NCBI GenBank assembly: GCA_963760795.1
Contig: CAVXEP010000021.1
Span: forward strand, 1-64,000
Length of the DNA stretch: 64,000 nucleotides
Source: an uncultured delta proteobacterium
Lineage (GTDB): Bacteria > Desulfobacterota > Binatia > UBA9968
Direction: 5' to 3'
Under the pieces are notes generated by a model, which worked only from the letters and a program-made list of their open reading frames with translations, ran no database searches and was not told the DNA's origin. Below are positions 29,362-38,590 of the stretch, one piece after another (the stretch's first letter is position 1; each line of letters starts with the position of its first letter). The translations under genes were made by a program, and so were the position numbers.

Positions 29362-30540
29362 ATGGCCAGCGCTACCGAAAAATACTTAGATGGATTGAAA
29401 TCCAACGAGCTGTTATTGAAGTTCACTTGGGACGAATGGTTGGCCATCGCGCCACCCTATCCTGACGGAAAGTTTACCAGCACCGATGTAACCGCTCGTT
29501 ATCAGCGCAACGGTTACGACTGGGACATGCACGGCACGCTGTACACGCCGGAGAAGGAAACCGATCCGCGCCGCGCCTTTGTCTTTTTTCACGGCGGCGC
29601 GGGCAGTGAAAAGATCATGGACTTGACGCCGGACGGACGGCCGGGTCTGGCGCGGGTCGCGGCTGCCCAGGGGTTCAAAGTCCTCGCGCTCACCTATCCA
29701 GGACATTACCCGCCAGGAGGCGTGTGGAATGTTCCCATCCCCGAGCGCATGCCGATCTATCTCTTGGATCGAGCGCTGAGTCAGGAAGAAATTGCTGACC
29801 GCAATTTGAAATGCACCTTCAACGTCATTCTCCAGGGGGCGGGGGCGCTTACTGATCAACATCTGGCGGGACGTGAAATCATCGGCTTCGGCCATTCCAC
29901 CGGCGGTCCCATGGCTGCGCACCTGGCGCGTTTCAGCAAGAAAACCAAAGTGATCGGCCTGGTCGGATTTGGCAGCGGCGGCCCCGACGGCTGGCGCAAG
30001 GAGTGGCGCGACCAGACCGGCGCGGAAAAATACCGGGAGATTCCAGTGGACCATGTGTCGCGGCGCTCCCCGGACTCGTTCAAAAACTCAGGCTACGTCG
30101 ATCCGGAGGATCTAACGCCGTGGGGCGGCGCCGACGATTACATTCGTCTGGTCAGCCCGCTGCGTTCCCAAATGAAAACCAGTTTGTGCGATAACCAGCA
30201 CAACGCAGCCGTGGGAATCTTGGAAGAGTACCCCAAGCGCACCGGCCTGCCGCGCGAAGAGTACTTCGATCACTTACAGGAACCGGATGCGAATTGGCTG
30301 CAATCGATTCGTGTCTTACTTGTCGCCGGCGAAAACGACAAGGGCCACTGGGTCAACGGCGGCGCGCCGTTGGAAAACAAGCGCGAGATGTTCATGGCCC
30401 GAAAATATGCCGCGATCACACGCGGCGCCCATGTTGTTTTCATCCCACGCTATGGCCACGTTGGCTATTCCGAGCTTTACAATGAAAAAATTGCCTACTT
30501 GTGGCTGTGGGCTTATCGATCGGGGTACTTCGATGATTAA
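29362..30540 (+). CDS. Alpha/beta-fold hydrolase of unknown substrate
   Basis: Own RBS (GGAG) and ATG; FFHGGAG, GFGHSTGG nucleophile elbow, VAGEND and YGH. Confidence 0.75.
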   Translation: MASATEKYLDGLKSNELLLKFTWDEWLAIAPPYPDGKFTSTDVTARYQRNGYDWDMHGTLYTPEKETDPRRAFVFFHGGAGSEKIMDLTPDGRPGLARVAAAQGFKVLALTYPGHYPPGGVWNVPIPERMPIYLLDRALSQEEIADRNLKCTFNVILQGAGALTDQHLAGREIIGFGHSTGGPMAAHLARFSKKTKVIGLVGFGSGGPDGWRKEWRDQTGAEKYREIPVDHVSRRSPDSFKNSGYVDPEDLTPWGGADDYIRLVSPLRSQMKTSLCDNQHNAAVGILEEYPKRTGLPREEYFDHLQEPDANWLQSIRVLLVAGENDKGHWVNGGAPLENKREMFMARKYAAITRGAHVVFIPRYGHVGYSELYNEKIAYLWLWAYRSGYFDD

Positions 30541-30564
30541 CCCTGCGTCTAAGGAGAAGCTAAT

Positions 30565-31632
30565 ATGATTTTACGATTGTTGGTTTGCCTTCTCGTGTTG
30601 AATTTCTTGCCGGCCGGACGCGCCGACGGCGCCCAGACCAAGCCGCCGACTGCCGCTCAACTAGCCTTCTACCAAGGCAAGGACCGCGAAAAAGTTCTTC
30701 ACGACGGCGCCAAGAAAGAAGGCCAGGTCACGTTCTACACATCGAACACCTGGATGGCTACCCATGTGATCCAAGAGTTCGGTAAGAAATATCCCTTCAT
30801 CAAGCCTAATGTCTACCGCAGCGATTCCAAGGAATTGCTCAAGCGGGTCACCGAAGAAGCCACCGCCGGCCATCAAATCGCCGATGTCGTCGAGACCAGC
30901 CCCGACTATATGGCGCTGTTGCACAGCACCGGTTTGTTTCAGGAAATACTTTCGCCAGAACTCGCCGCCTACGACGACGATGCCAGGGCCAAAGGTAAAA
31001 AAGGCGTGCTCTACGGCACCAGCCGCGAGCTTTACATCAGCCTCGGTTACAATACCAAACTGATTGCCCCCGCCGATGTGCCGAAATCTATGAAGGATCT
31101 TCTCGATGCCAAATGGAAGGGCAAAATGTCCATCGCCGGCACCACCACCGGCACCCAATGGATCGGCGCGATCATCGAAACCTTTGGCATGGAGTTTCTC
31201 GAAAAACTCGCCGCCCAGGAGATCAACGTGCAAAATATTTCCGGCGCCGCGCTCGCCCAACTCGTGGCATCGGGAGAGGTACCGATCTCGCCGACGATTT
31301 TTAATTCCAACATCATCGTCGCCAAACAAAAAGGCGCGCCGGTGGAATGGAAACCCATCGATCCAGTGATCGGCACTACGGGCATGTCGGGACTGGTCGC
31401 CAAAGCGCCGCATCCCCATGCCGGGCTGCTATTTCTAGATTTTCTTTATTCAAAAGAGGGACAACTGGCAGTGGTCAAAGGCGGCTTAAGTTCGGCGCGC
31501 AACGATATCAACGATGCCGAGATGAAATTCAAGAAAGTCTATATCGAAAGCAAGTATCCTCCCGAAGTGATGGAGAAGAAGTTCGGCGAATGGGAAGGAT
31601 TGAAACGCAAGCTGTTCATCAGCAAGCGCTAG
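30565..31632 (+). CDS. Extracellular solute-binding protein (AfuA-like)
   Basis: YQGKDRE, GAKKEGQV, KWKGK and APHPHAG. Confidence 0.9.
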   Translation: MILRLLVCLLVLNFLPAGRADGAQTKPPTAAQLAFYQGKDREKVLHDGAKKEGQVTFYTSNTWMATHVIQEFGKKYPFIKPNVYRSDSKELLKRVTEEATAGHQIADVVETSPDYMALLHSTGLFQEILSPELAAYDDDARAKGKKGVLYGTSRELYISLGYNTKLIAPADVPKSMKDLLDAKWKGKMSIAGTTTGTQWIGAIIETFGMEFLEKLAAQEINVQNISGAALAQLVASGEVPISPTIFNSNIIVAKQKGAPVEWKPIDPVIGTTGMSGLVAKAPHPHAGLLFLDFLYSKEGQLAVVKGGLSSARNDINDAEMKFKKVYIESKYPPEVMEKKFGEWEGLKRKLFISKR

Positions 31633-31674
31633 CCCGGATCAACCATGACAGAAGGTAAGCTAGCGACACTCCGT

Positions 31675-31850
31675 TGATCGGGGTGTGACCCTGGAGGAAC
31701 GAAGGCACCGGGGCGAATGCTTCATTTTGTGCTCGGCGCTTGGCACAATGTTTGACCTTTTCACCACTGATCTCAGAAGCAACTCGCCCCACCGGCATCT
31801 TCAAGGCACAACTGCATTGCCTTCGTTCCGGAAGGGTTGCACCCTGATCA
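31675..31850. repeat. TIR-bounded foldable element, copy B (MITE/REP-like or structured RNA)
   Basis: 33-nt imperfect inverted ends (31675-31707 / 31818-31850) with nested inner stems GGGGCGA/TCGCCCC, TGCTTC/GAAGCA and TTGTGC/GCACAA. Confidence 0.72.
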
Positions 31851-31885
31851 CACATTTATCGCGAACCATCCGGGCTAGTCGGCGC

Positions 31886-32920
31886 ATGCGCACACCGCTG
31901 AGAAGCTTCCGGCTCTTGGCCATTGCGCTGTGCTGGTCGGCGACGTTGGCGGGGAATCTGCCGCAGGCCGCGGAGAGATCCGCGAAACCGGTAGTCAAAG
32001 TCCGCATCAGCCAGTCGGCGGTGAGCGCACGCTCAACGATTCTCTGGAGCGCCCAAGAACTCGGCCTGTTCGCCAAGCATGGCGTCGAAGCAGAGGTCGT
32101 CTATCTGCGCAGCAGTCCGATCCAGATGACCGCGCTCAGCACCGGCGAAGTGCAGTTCGCCGCCAGCGGCGGCTCGCCGGTACTCGGCGCCGCGGCAGCC
32201 GGTCAGGATATCAAAATCATCGCCAGTCCGAGCAACCGGCTAACCTACGATCTGGTGGTCCGGCCGGAAATCAAGGAAGCCAAGGACTTGCGCGGCAAGC
32301 GCTTCGGCATCACCAGCATCGGCGGCACGGTGTGGATGGCGGCTTATCTGGCCCTCGAACATCTTGGACTCGACGCCAACCGCGATCAGATTCGCATCAA
32401 CGCCATCGGCAACCAGACGATTCTCGCCCAAGCGGTGGAATCGGCGCAGATCGACGCCACGCTGCTCGATCCGTTTCTCAGCCGGCAAACCAAGTCCAAA
32501 GGGTTGCCGGTGCTGATCGAATTGCTGCGCGCCAAAATTCCCTTCACCAACACCGCCTGGGCGGTAAGCGGTAGTTTTTTAAGAGAACGACCGGAAACCG
32601 TCGAAGCGGTATTGAAAGCGATGTTCGAGGCGCAAGCGTTCATCACCGCACCGGCGAACCGAAACAGCGTGCTGCAAATCATGGCGCGCCATATGAAACT
32701 CAACGACTTGGCGCTTTTGGAAGACGGCTATCAGGATCTGCTCGTCGGCCTGGAGCGCAAACCCTACGCCGCCTTGGACGGCCTGCGCAACATTCAACGG
32801 ATCATGTCGACGATCAATCCCAAAGCTAGCCATGCCAAAGTCGACGAGATCATCGACAATAGAATCGTTCGCAAACTCGATGAATCCGGCTTCATCGATG
32901 GTCTTTATCGCAAAAACTAG
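31886..32920 (+). CDS. NitT/TauT-type ABC substrate-binding protein
   Basis: ELGLFAKHGVE, DLRGKRFGITSIGG and KLDESGFIDGLY. Start approximate. Confidence 0.88.
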   Translation: MRTPLRSFRLLAIALCWSATLAGNLPQAAERSAKPVVKVRISQSAVSARSTILWSAQELGLFAKHGVEAEVVYLRSSPIQMTALSTGEVQFAASGGSPVLGAAAAGQDIKIIASPSNRLTYDLVVRPEIKEAKDLRGKRFGITSIGGTVWMAAYLALEHLGLDANRDQIRINAIGNQTILAQAVESAQIDATLLDPFLSRQTKSKGLPVLIELLRAKIPFTNTAWAVSGSFLRERPETVEAVLKAMFEAQAFITAPANRNSVLQIMARHMKLNDLALLEDGYQDLLVGLERKPYAALDGLRNIQRIMSTINPKASHAKVDEIIDNRIVRKLDESGFIDGLYRKN

Positions 32921-32964
32921 GCTGCGATCGGGAGCAATCCACGCACGGCAACCAAGGAGGCATC

Positions 32965-33909
32965 ATGTCAGCAACCGTACTGATCACCGGCGCCAACGGC
33001 TTCATCGGCTCCCACTGCACCAAGCTGATGGAGTCGGCAGGCCACAAAGTCGTGGCCATCGATGTCCTCCCGCGCGCGCGGGATCTCACTCTGCTTGGCG
33101 TCAAAGCCACCAGCCACTTGATGAACGTCACCGACAGCGCCGCCTTCCGTGCCCTCTGTGAAAAGGAACGGCCGACCCATCTATTTCATGCCGCCCATCC
33201 GCCGCGTGACGAGACGCCGACCGTGTTGGACTACTGCTACAAAGCCATGACCAATATCCTGGAAGCGGCGAAGGACTTAAAAATCCAACGTGTCGTCTAT
33301 TCCAGCTCGGCATCGATCTACGGCCAGGTCAACAAACCCGATGGCGGTCTGGTCAAAGAAGACGACGCTGTAACCATCTATCCCACCTATTTCTACCGCG
33401 CCGCGAAAACCGTCTCCGAATGGATGGGTAATTTTTACCAGGAGAAACATGGCGTCGACTTCGTCGCGCTGAGATATTCTTCGGTCTATGGGCCGGGACT
33501 CTACCGCAGCATCCCGTTGGAATTGAAAAAAGGCATCCTCGGCCAGCCCTGCCGGCCCTTTCTCACCCGCCCGCTGGACGATTTAATTTTCGTCGACGAT
33601 GTCGTCGACGGCATCAGCCGCGCCCTTTTCACCGCCGGCCCGCTGAGTAAAGCGTACAACATCGGCCTCGACAAAGCCTATGTCAGTGAAGATTTGCAGC
33701 GCGCGATCCAAAAAGCCCTGCCGAACTTGGAATTTGAAATCGGCAGCCATCCCAACGCCGCCGAAGTCGCGCCGCACCGGCTGCGCAGTCCGCTCGACAT
33801 CTCACTGGCGAGAAAAGAACTCGGCTGGCAACCGAAGATTTATCTCGAAGAAGGAATCGCCAAACTAGCGGCGTGGTTGAAAGAGCACCAAGCAAAATTG
33901 ACTCTGTGA
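32965..33909 (+). CDS. NAD-dependent epimerase/dehydratase (extended SDR)
   Basis: TGANGFIG, YSSSASIYG, YRAAK and LRYSSVYGPG. Confidence 0.9.
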   Translation: MSATVLITGANGFIGSHCTKLMESAGHKVVAIDVLPRARDLTLLGVKATSHLMNVTDSAAFRALCEKERPTHLFHAAHPPRDETPTVLDYCYKAMTNILEAAKDLKIQRVVYSSSASIYGQVNKPDGGLVKEDDAVTIYPTYFYRAAKTVSEWMGNFYQEKHGVDFVALRYSSVYGPGLYRSIPLELKKGILGQPCRPFLTRPLDDLIFVDDVVDGISRALFTAGPLSKAYNIGLDKAYVSEDLQRAIQKALPNLEFEIGSHPNAAEVAPHRLRSPLDISLARKELGWQPKIYLEEGIAKLAAWLKEHQAKLTL

Positions 33910-33940
33910 AAACAATCCCGGCAACCACCGACCCGTTCCA

Positions 33941-33969
33941 TTGACAAGATAAGACGCCGCTCATAGCAT
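33941..33969 (+). promoter_or_regulatory. Sigma70-type promoter
   Basis: TTGACA-N17-TAGCAT; near copy at 37434-37462. Confidence 0.7.
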
Positions 33970-34004
33970 CAGCCAGCTAATTCTGCGACGAGGGGGATAC
34001 ACTC

Positions 34005-35062
34005 ATGCCGAGTCCAATTGTTTGCGCACTAGGGGTTCTCTTGCTGGCGACCAACAGTTTCGCCGCCAGTGCGCCAGTAAACGTCGGCCAGATCGCTCTC
34101 TACCAAGGCGCCGACCGGGAAAAAATCCTTATCGAAGGCGCCAAGCGCGAAGGGCAGTTCACGCTCTACACGTCGCACACCTGGTTCAAAACATTCGTCA
34201 AAGAGTTCGAAAAAAAATATCCGTTTGTCAGAGCCACCGAATGGCGCAACGACTCCAAGAACGTTATCCGAAAAGTGCTCGAGGAAGTGAAAGCGGGCCG
34301 GATGCTCGCCGATGTTGTCGAAACCACCGCCGACGGCATGGGTGTGATGAAGCGAGAAGGGATATTCCAGGAGTACTTTTCACCCGAGGCGCGCCACTAC
34401 CCGAATGAGCTCAAGCCGAGAGGCAAAAGCGGATTCTTCTATCTGCCGAACCGGGAGACCTACAACAGCCTGGGTTTCAACACTAAAGTCATTTCTCCGG
34501 CGAGCGCGCCGCGCAGCCTCAAAGACCTTCTCGATCCGAAATGGAAAGGCAAGATGGCGATCACCAACACCACCACCGGTGCGCGCTGGATCGGCAACTT
34601 CATCGAATCGACAGGGACGAGAGTTGCTCGACAAGTTGGCCGACCAGGAGATCAGCCTCCAGGATATGGCCCCGCGCGGCGCTCATCAATTTAGTGGTTT
34701 CCGGCGAGATCCCTCTGTCGCCGACGATTTTCGACGCCAACGTTACCCTAGCCAAGCAGAAAGGCGCGCCGGTGGAATGGCGCCCCCTTGAGCCCGTCGT
34801 GGCCACCGTCGGCTCAGCCGCGCTATTGGCCAAGGCGCCCAATCCGCACAGCGCCCTGCTATTCATCGACTACCTCCTTTCCAAGGAAGGACAGCAGCTC
34901 ATCATGAAGGGCGGACTGTGGTCACCGCGAGAGGATACCGGATCCCTCGACCAGAAATTTAAGAAAAGCTATCTCGACGAGAAGTACTCGTCCGAGGAAA
35001 TGGAAACCAAACTTGGCCAGTGGGAAACTCTGATGCGCCAACTGGTCATGCGCAAACGATAG
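34005..35062 (+). CDS. Extracellular solute-binding protein; two frameshifts (near 34615 and 34674)
   Basis: Three ORF pieces (34005, 34405, 34541) concatenate into a full paralog of 35141.. and 37495... Confidence 0.82.
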
Positions 35063-35140
35063 ATTGCGTTGTCCGCGCAACGCTTGGCGACTTGGAAACG
35101 TGGAATCCCTAGCTGGCTCACTCTGAATAGGAGAACAACA

Positions 35141-36221
35141 ATGGCTATCACATAGATTCGATTGCGTCGCGTCCGTACTCGCCTTTGTAACCGCCCAGGT
35201 GTTGAACTTCGGCATGGCCATAGCCGCCAGCGCGCCGACTTCGGTGGCGCAAGTCGCCCTCTACCAAGGCGCCGATCGGGAAAAACTTCTCATCGAGGGC
35301 GCCAAGAAGGAGGGTGCCTTCATGCTGTACGGTTCACATACCTGGTACCGTACCATGGCCAAGGAGTTCGAAAAAAAATATCCATTCCTTAAAGTGACGG
35401 AATATCGCACCGACGGTCGGACCCTGATCAAACGCGCGCTGGAAGAGATCCGCGCCGGTCAATACATCGCCGATGTCATCGCAACCACCGGCGAACAGAT
35501 TGACCTCATGAAACGGGAGGGAGTTTTTCAGGAATACCAGATTGCCGACGCGCGCCATTACCCGGACGAAGTTAAAGTGAAAGGCAAGAGCGGATATTAT
35601 CTCGTCGGCCATTATGAGACCTATGCAAGTTTGGGCTTTAACACTTCGGTCATAGCGCCGGCCGAAGCGCCGAAGACCACGGCCGATCTTTTGAACCCCA
35701 AGTGGAAAGGCAAAATGTCCGTCGTCAGCACCACCACGGGAACGCGCTGGATCGGTAACACACTGGAGACTATGGGCCGAGAATTTCTTGAGAAGCTGGC
35801 GGATCAAGAGGTGAAGGTGCAAAACATGTCGGGCGCGGCGTTAGCGGGACTGGTAGTATCGGGTGAAGTGCCGTTATCGCCGACCATCTTCGATGCCAAC
35901 ATCACTCAAGCCAAACAAAAAGGCGCCCCGGTGGAATGGCGCCCGCTGGAGCCGGTGGTGACCACGGTCGCCTATTCCGGTTTGACCTTGAAGGCGCCCC
36001 ATCCCCATGCGGCGCTGCTCTTCCTCGATTATATCCATTCCAAAGAAGGCCAGCAGATGATCATGAAGGGCGGCTTGTGGTCGCCGCGCGAGGACGTCGG
36101 GTCTTTGGCGCAAAAGTTCAAAAAATCCTACATCGACGAAAAATATGGCGTCGAGGAAGCCGAAAAGAAATACGCCGAATGGGATGGCTTGATGCAGAAG
36201 TTATTTATGAGACGAAAATAA
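35141..36221 (+). CDS. Extracellular solute-binding protein; probable +1 frameshift just after the start
   Basis: AGGAGA RBS and ATG at 35141. Removing one G gives the signal peptide MLSHRFDCVASVLAFVTAQVLNFG, which joins ORF 35199. Confidence 0.85.
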
Positions 36222-36269
36222 ATTGACGCGTACTAGCCCGATCTTCCGCGCTGATTTTTCGAGGATATC

Positions 36270-37280
36270 ATGCGTAACAAAACCTGCGGCCTGATTGTCG
36301 GTATTATCTGCCTACTGGCGGCGCCGCATACGTTACGCGCGGCCCAGGAAGTCATGCTCGGATACGCCAACATCAGCGCCAGGGTGAGCCCGCTCTGGCT
36401 CGCGCGTGAGAAAGGCTTCTTCGCGAAATACGGAGTGCAGTTGCAAGCCGTCTATATGCCCGGCGCGCCGGCGTTGTTCGCCACTCTCGCCACCGGGCAA
36501 ATCCAGCTCGCCAACAGCGGCGGCAGCACCGCCCTGGGCGCCGTGGTAGGGGGTTTGGATTTGAAGGTCATCGGCACGTTCACCAGCCGCATCCCCTTCG
36601 ATATCGTCGCCAGCTCGTCGATCAAAGACGGCAAAGACCTGCGCGGCAAACGACTGGGCATTCAGGCGATCGGCGGAACGATTTGGATGGCCGGACTGTT
36701 AGGCCTCGAATACTTGGGGCTCGACCCGCGCCGCGACTCGATTCAAGTCGTCGCCGCCGGCGAACAAACGCTGCTCACCCAAGCGCTAGAAAGGGGCACC
36801 GTCGATGCGATCGTTGTCGACAGCGCCTTTAGTAACACGCTCAAGGCGCGCGGCTTTTCCATCATCGTCGAGCTGTCCAAAGCCAATATTCCCTTCGTCA
36901 GCAACGGCATCGTCGCGCGCGGCAACTTTCTGCAACAGCAACCCGACGTCGCGCGCAACGTGGTGAAGGGATGGCTGGAAGGAGTCGCCTACGCCCTCAG
37001 TCCCAAAATGAAGCCTGCCGTGATCGCCGCCATCATGCGCTATTTGAAAATCACCGACCCGGACCTCGCCGAGCGCGGCTACCAAGACCTGCAACAAGCC
37101 ACCGACCGCAAACCCTTTCCCTCAACCGAGGGCCTGCGCAACGTCCAGCGCCTGATGGCGCAGCGCAACCCCGCCGTCGCCGGCCTCAAAACCGAAAGCC
37201 TGATCGACGGAAGAATCATGCGCGAACTCGATGAGAGCGGATTCATCGATCAGCTCTATGCTGCCTATGGGGTGAAGTAG
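36270..37280 (+). CDS. NitT/TauT-type ABC substrate-binding protein
   Basis: EKGFFAKYGV, DLRGKRLGIQAIGG and ELDESGFIDQLY. Confidence 0.9.
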   Translation: MRNKTCGLIVGIICLLAAPHTLRAAQEVMLGYANISARVSPLWLAREKGFFAKYGVQLQAVYMPGAPALFATLATGQIQLANSGGSTALGAVVGGLDLKVIGTFTSRIPFDIVASSSIKDGKDLRGKRLGIQAIGGTIWMAGLLGLEYLGLDPRRDSIQVVAAGEQTLLTQALERGTVDAIVVDSAFSNTLKARGFSIIVELSKANIPFVSNGIVARGNFLQQQPDVARNVVKGWLEGVAYALSPKMKPAVIAAIMRYLKITDPDLAERGYQDLQQATDRKPFPSTEGLRNVQRLMAQRNPAVAGLKTESLIDGRIMRELDESGFIDQLYAAYGVK

Positions 37281-37433
37281 GCTTACATCGTATAAAGCTC
37301 CCGCCCGTTCGCTAACTCCAGACTTGACCGGTTGGGTCTCCTCGTGCCGTGCCGCGGCGCTTTAATCATTTTCTACAGGCCTAAAACCTTTGAATATCGC
37401 TGACAAATGCAGAAGCAAGTCACACGAGCGCTA

Positions 37434-37462
37434 TTGACAAGACGAAGCTTCGCTCATAGCAT
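37434..37462 (+). promoter_or_regulatory. Sigma70-type promoter (paralog of 33941)
   Basis: TTGACA-N17-TAGCAT. Confidence 0.7.
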
Positions 37463-37494
37463 CGGTCACCGATTCGGTGAAGCGAGACATTTCC

Positions 37495-38550
37495 ATGGCG
37501 GGCAAGTTATTTCTGGCATTGATCGTTCTCCTATTGGCGATCGATAGCTTCGCCGCCAGCGTGCCATCTACGGTCGCGCAGATCGCCCTCTATCAAGGCG
37601 CCGACCGCGAAAAAATTCTTGTCGCAGGCGCCAAGCGCGAGGGACAGGTCACCTTCTACAACTCGCATACCTGGTTTCGCACCTTCGTCAAGGATTTCGA
37701 AAAGAAATACCCGTTCATCAAAGTTGCAGAGTGGCGCAACGATTCGAAAAATCTCTTGCAGCGCGTGACCGATGAGGCCAAAGCGAACCGAAGTCTCGTC
37801 GATGTCGTCGAAACCACGCCGGAAGCGATGGGCATTCTCAAGCGCGACGGCCTGCTGCAAGAATACTACTCGCCCGAGGCCCGTTTTTTTCCTGATGATG
37901 TGAAATCCAAAGGCAAGAGCGGCTTTCATTATATTGGCGACCGCGAGACTTACATCGGCTTGGGCTTCAACACCAATCTCATTGCCCAGGCCGAAGCACC
38001 CAAAACTCTGCGCGACCTGCTCAATCCCAAATGGAAAGGCAAGATGTCGCTGGTGACCAGCTCCTCGGGGACGCGCTGGATCGGCAACGCCCTGGACGTC
38101 ATGGGGCGTGAGTTCGTCGAAAAATTGGCCGAGCAGGATGTGCGCTTGCAAGACATGTCTGGGGCAGCGTTGTCCGGGCTCGTCGTTACCGGAGAGGTGC
38201 CGCTGTCACCAACGATTTTTGATGCCAACGTCAGCGTGCATAAACAGAAGGGCGCGCCCATCGACTGGCGCCCACTGGAACCGGTGGTCACCAACGTCGG
38301 CTACTCGAGCCTATCGATCAAATCGCCCAATCCCCATGGCGCCATGCTGCTGCTCGATTACATTCATTCCAAAGAAGGCCAGCAGGTGATTATGAAGGGC
38401 GGCCTGTGGTCGCCGCGCGACGATATTGGCACGGTGGAACAACGCTTCAAAAAGAGTTATCTCGACGAGAAATATTCCATCGAGGAGTTGGAAACTAAAT
38501 ACGGCCAATGGGAACAGTTGATCCGCCGACTGTTCGGACAAAGAAGATAG
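37495..38550 (+). CDS. Extracellular solute-binding protein (AfuA-like)
   Basis: YQGADREK, GAKREGQV, LLNPKWKGK and SKEGQ. Confidence 0.9.
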   Translation: MAGKLFLALIVLLLAIDSFAASVPSTVAQIALYQGADREKILVAGAKREGQVTFYNSHTWFRTFVKDFEKKYPFIKVAEWRNDSKNLLQRVTDEAKANRSLVDVVETTPEAMGILKRDGLLQEYYSPEARFFPDDVKSKGKSGFHYIGDRETYIGLGFNTNLIAQAEAPKTLRDLLNPKWKGKMSLVTSSSGTRWIGNALDVMGREFVEKLAEQDVRLQDMSGAALSGLVVTGEVPLSPTIFDANVSVHKQKGAPIDWRPLEPVVTNVGYSSLSIKSPNPHGAMLLLDYIHSKEGQQVIMKGGLWSPRDDIGTVEQRFKKSYLDEKYSIEELETKYGQWEQLIRRLFGQRR

Positions 38551-38590
38551 CCGCCATCAACGGCAAATAATTTGATTAAGGAGTCATCCA

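Noticed and set aside
28516-30540. Genuine two-domain fusion protein
   Set aside because: The conserved deacetylase C-terminus is in the shifted frame, and the second gene has its own RBS and start.
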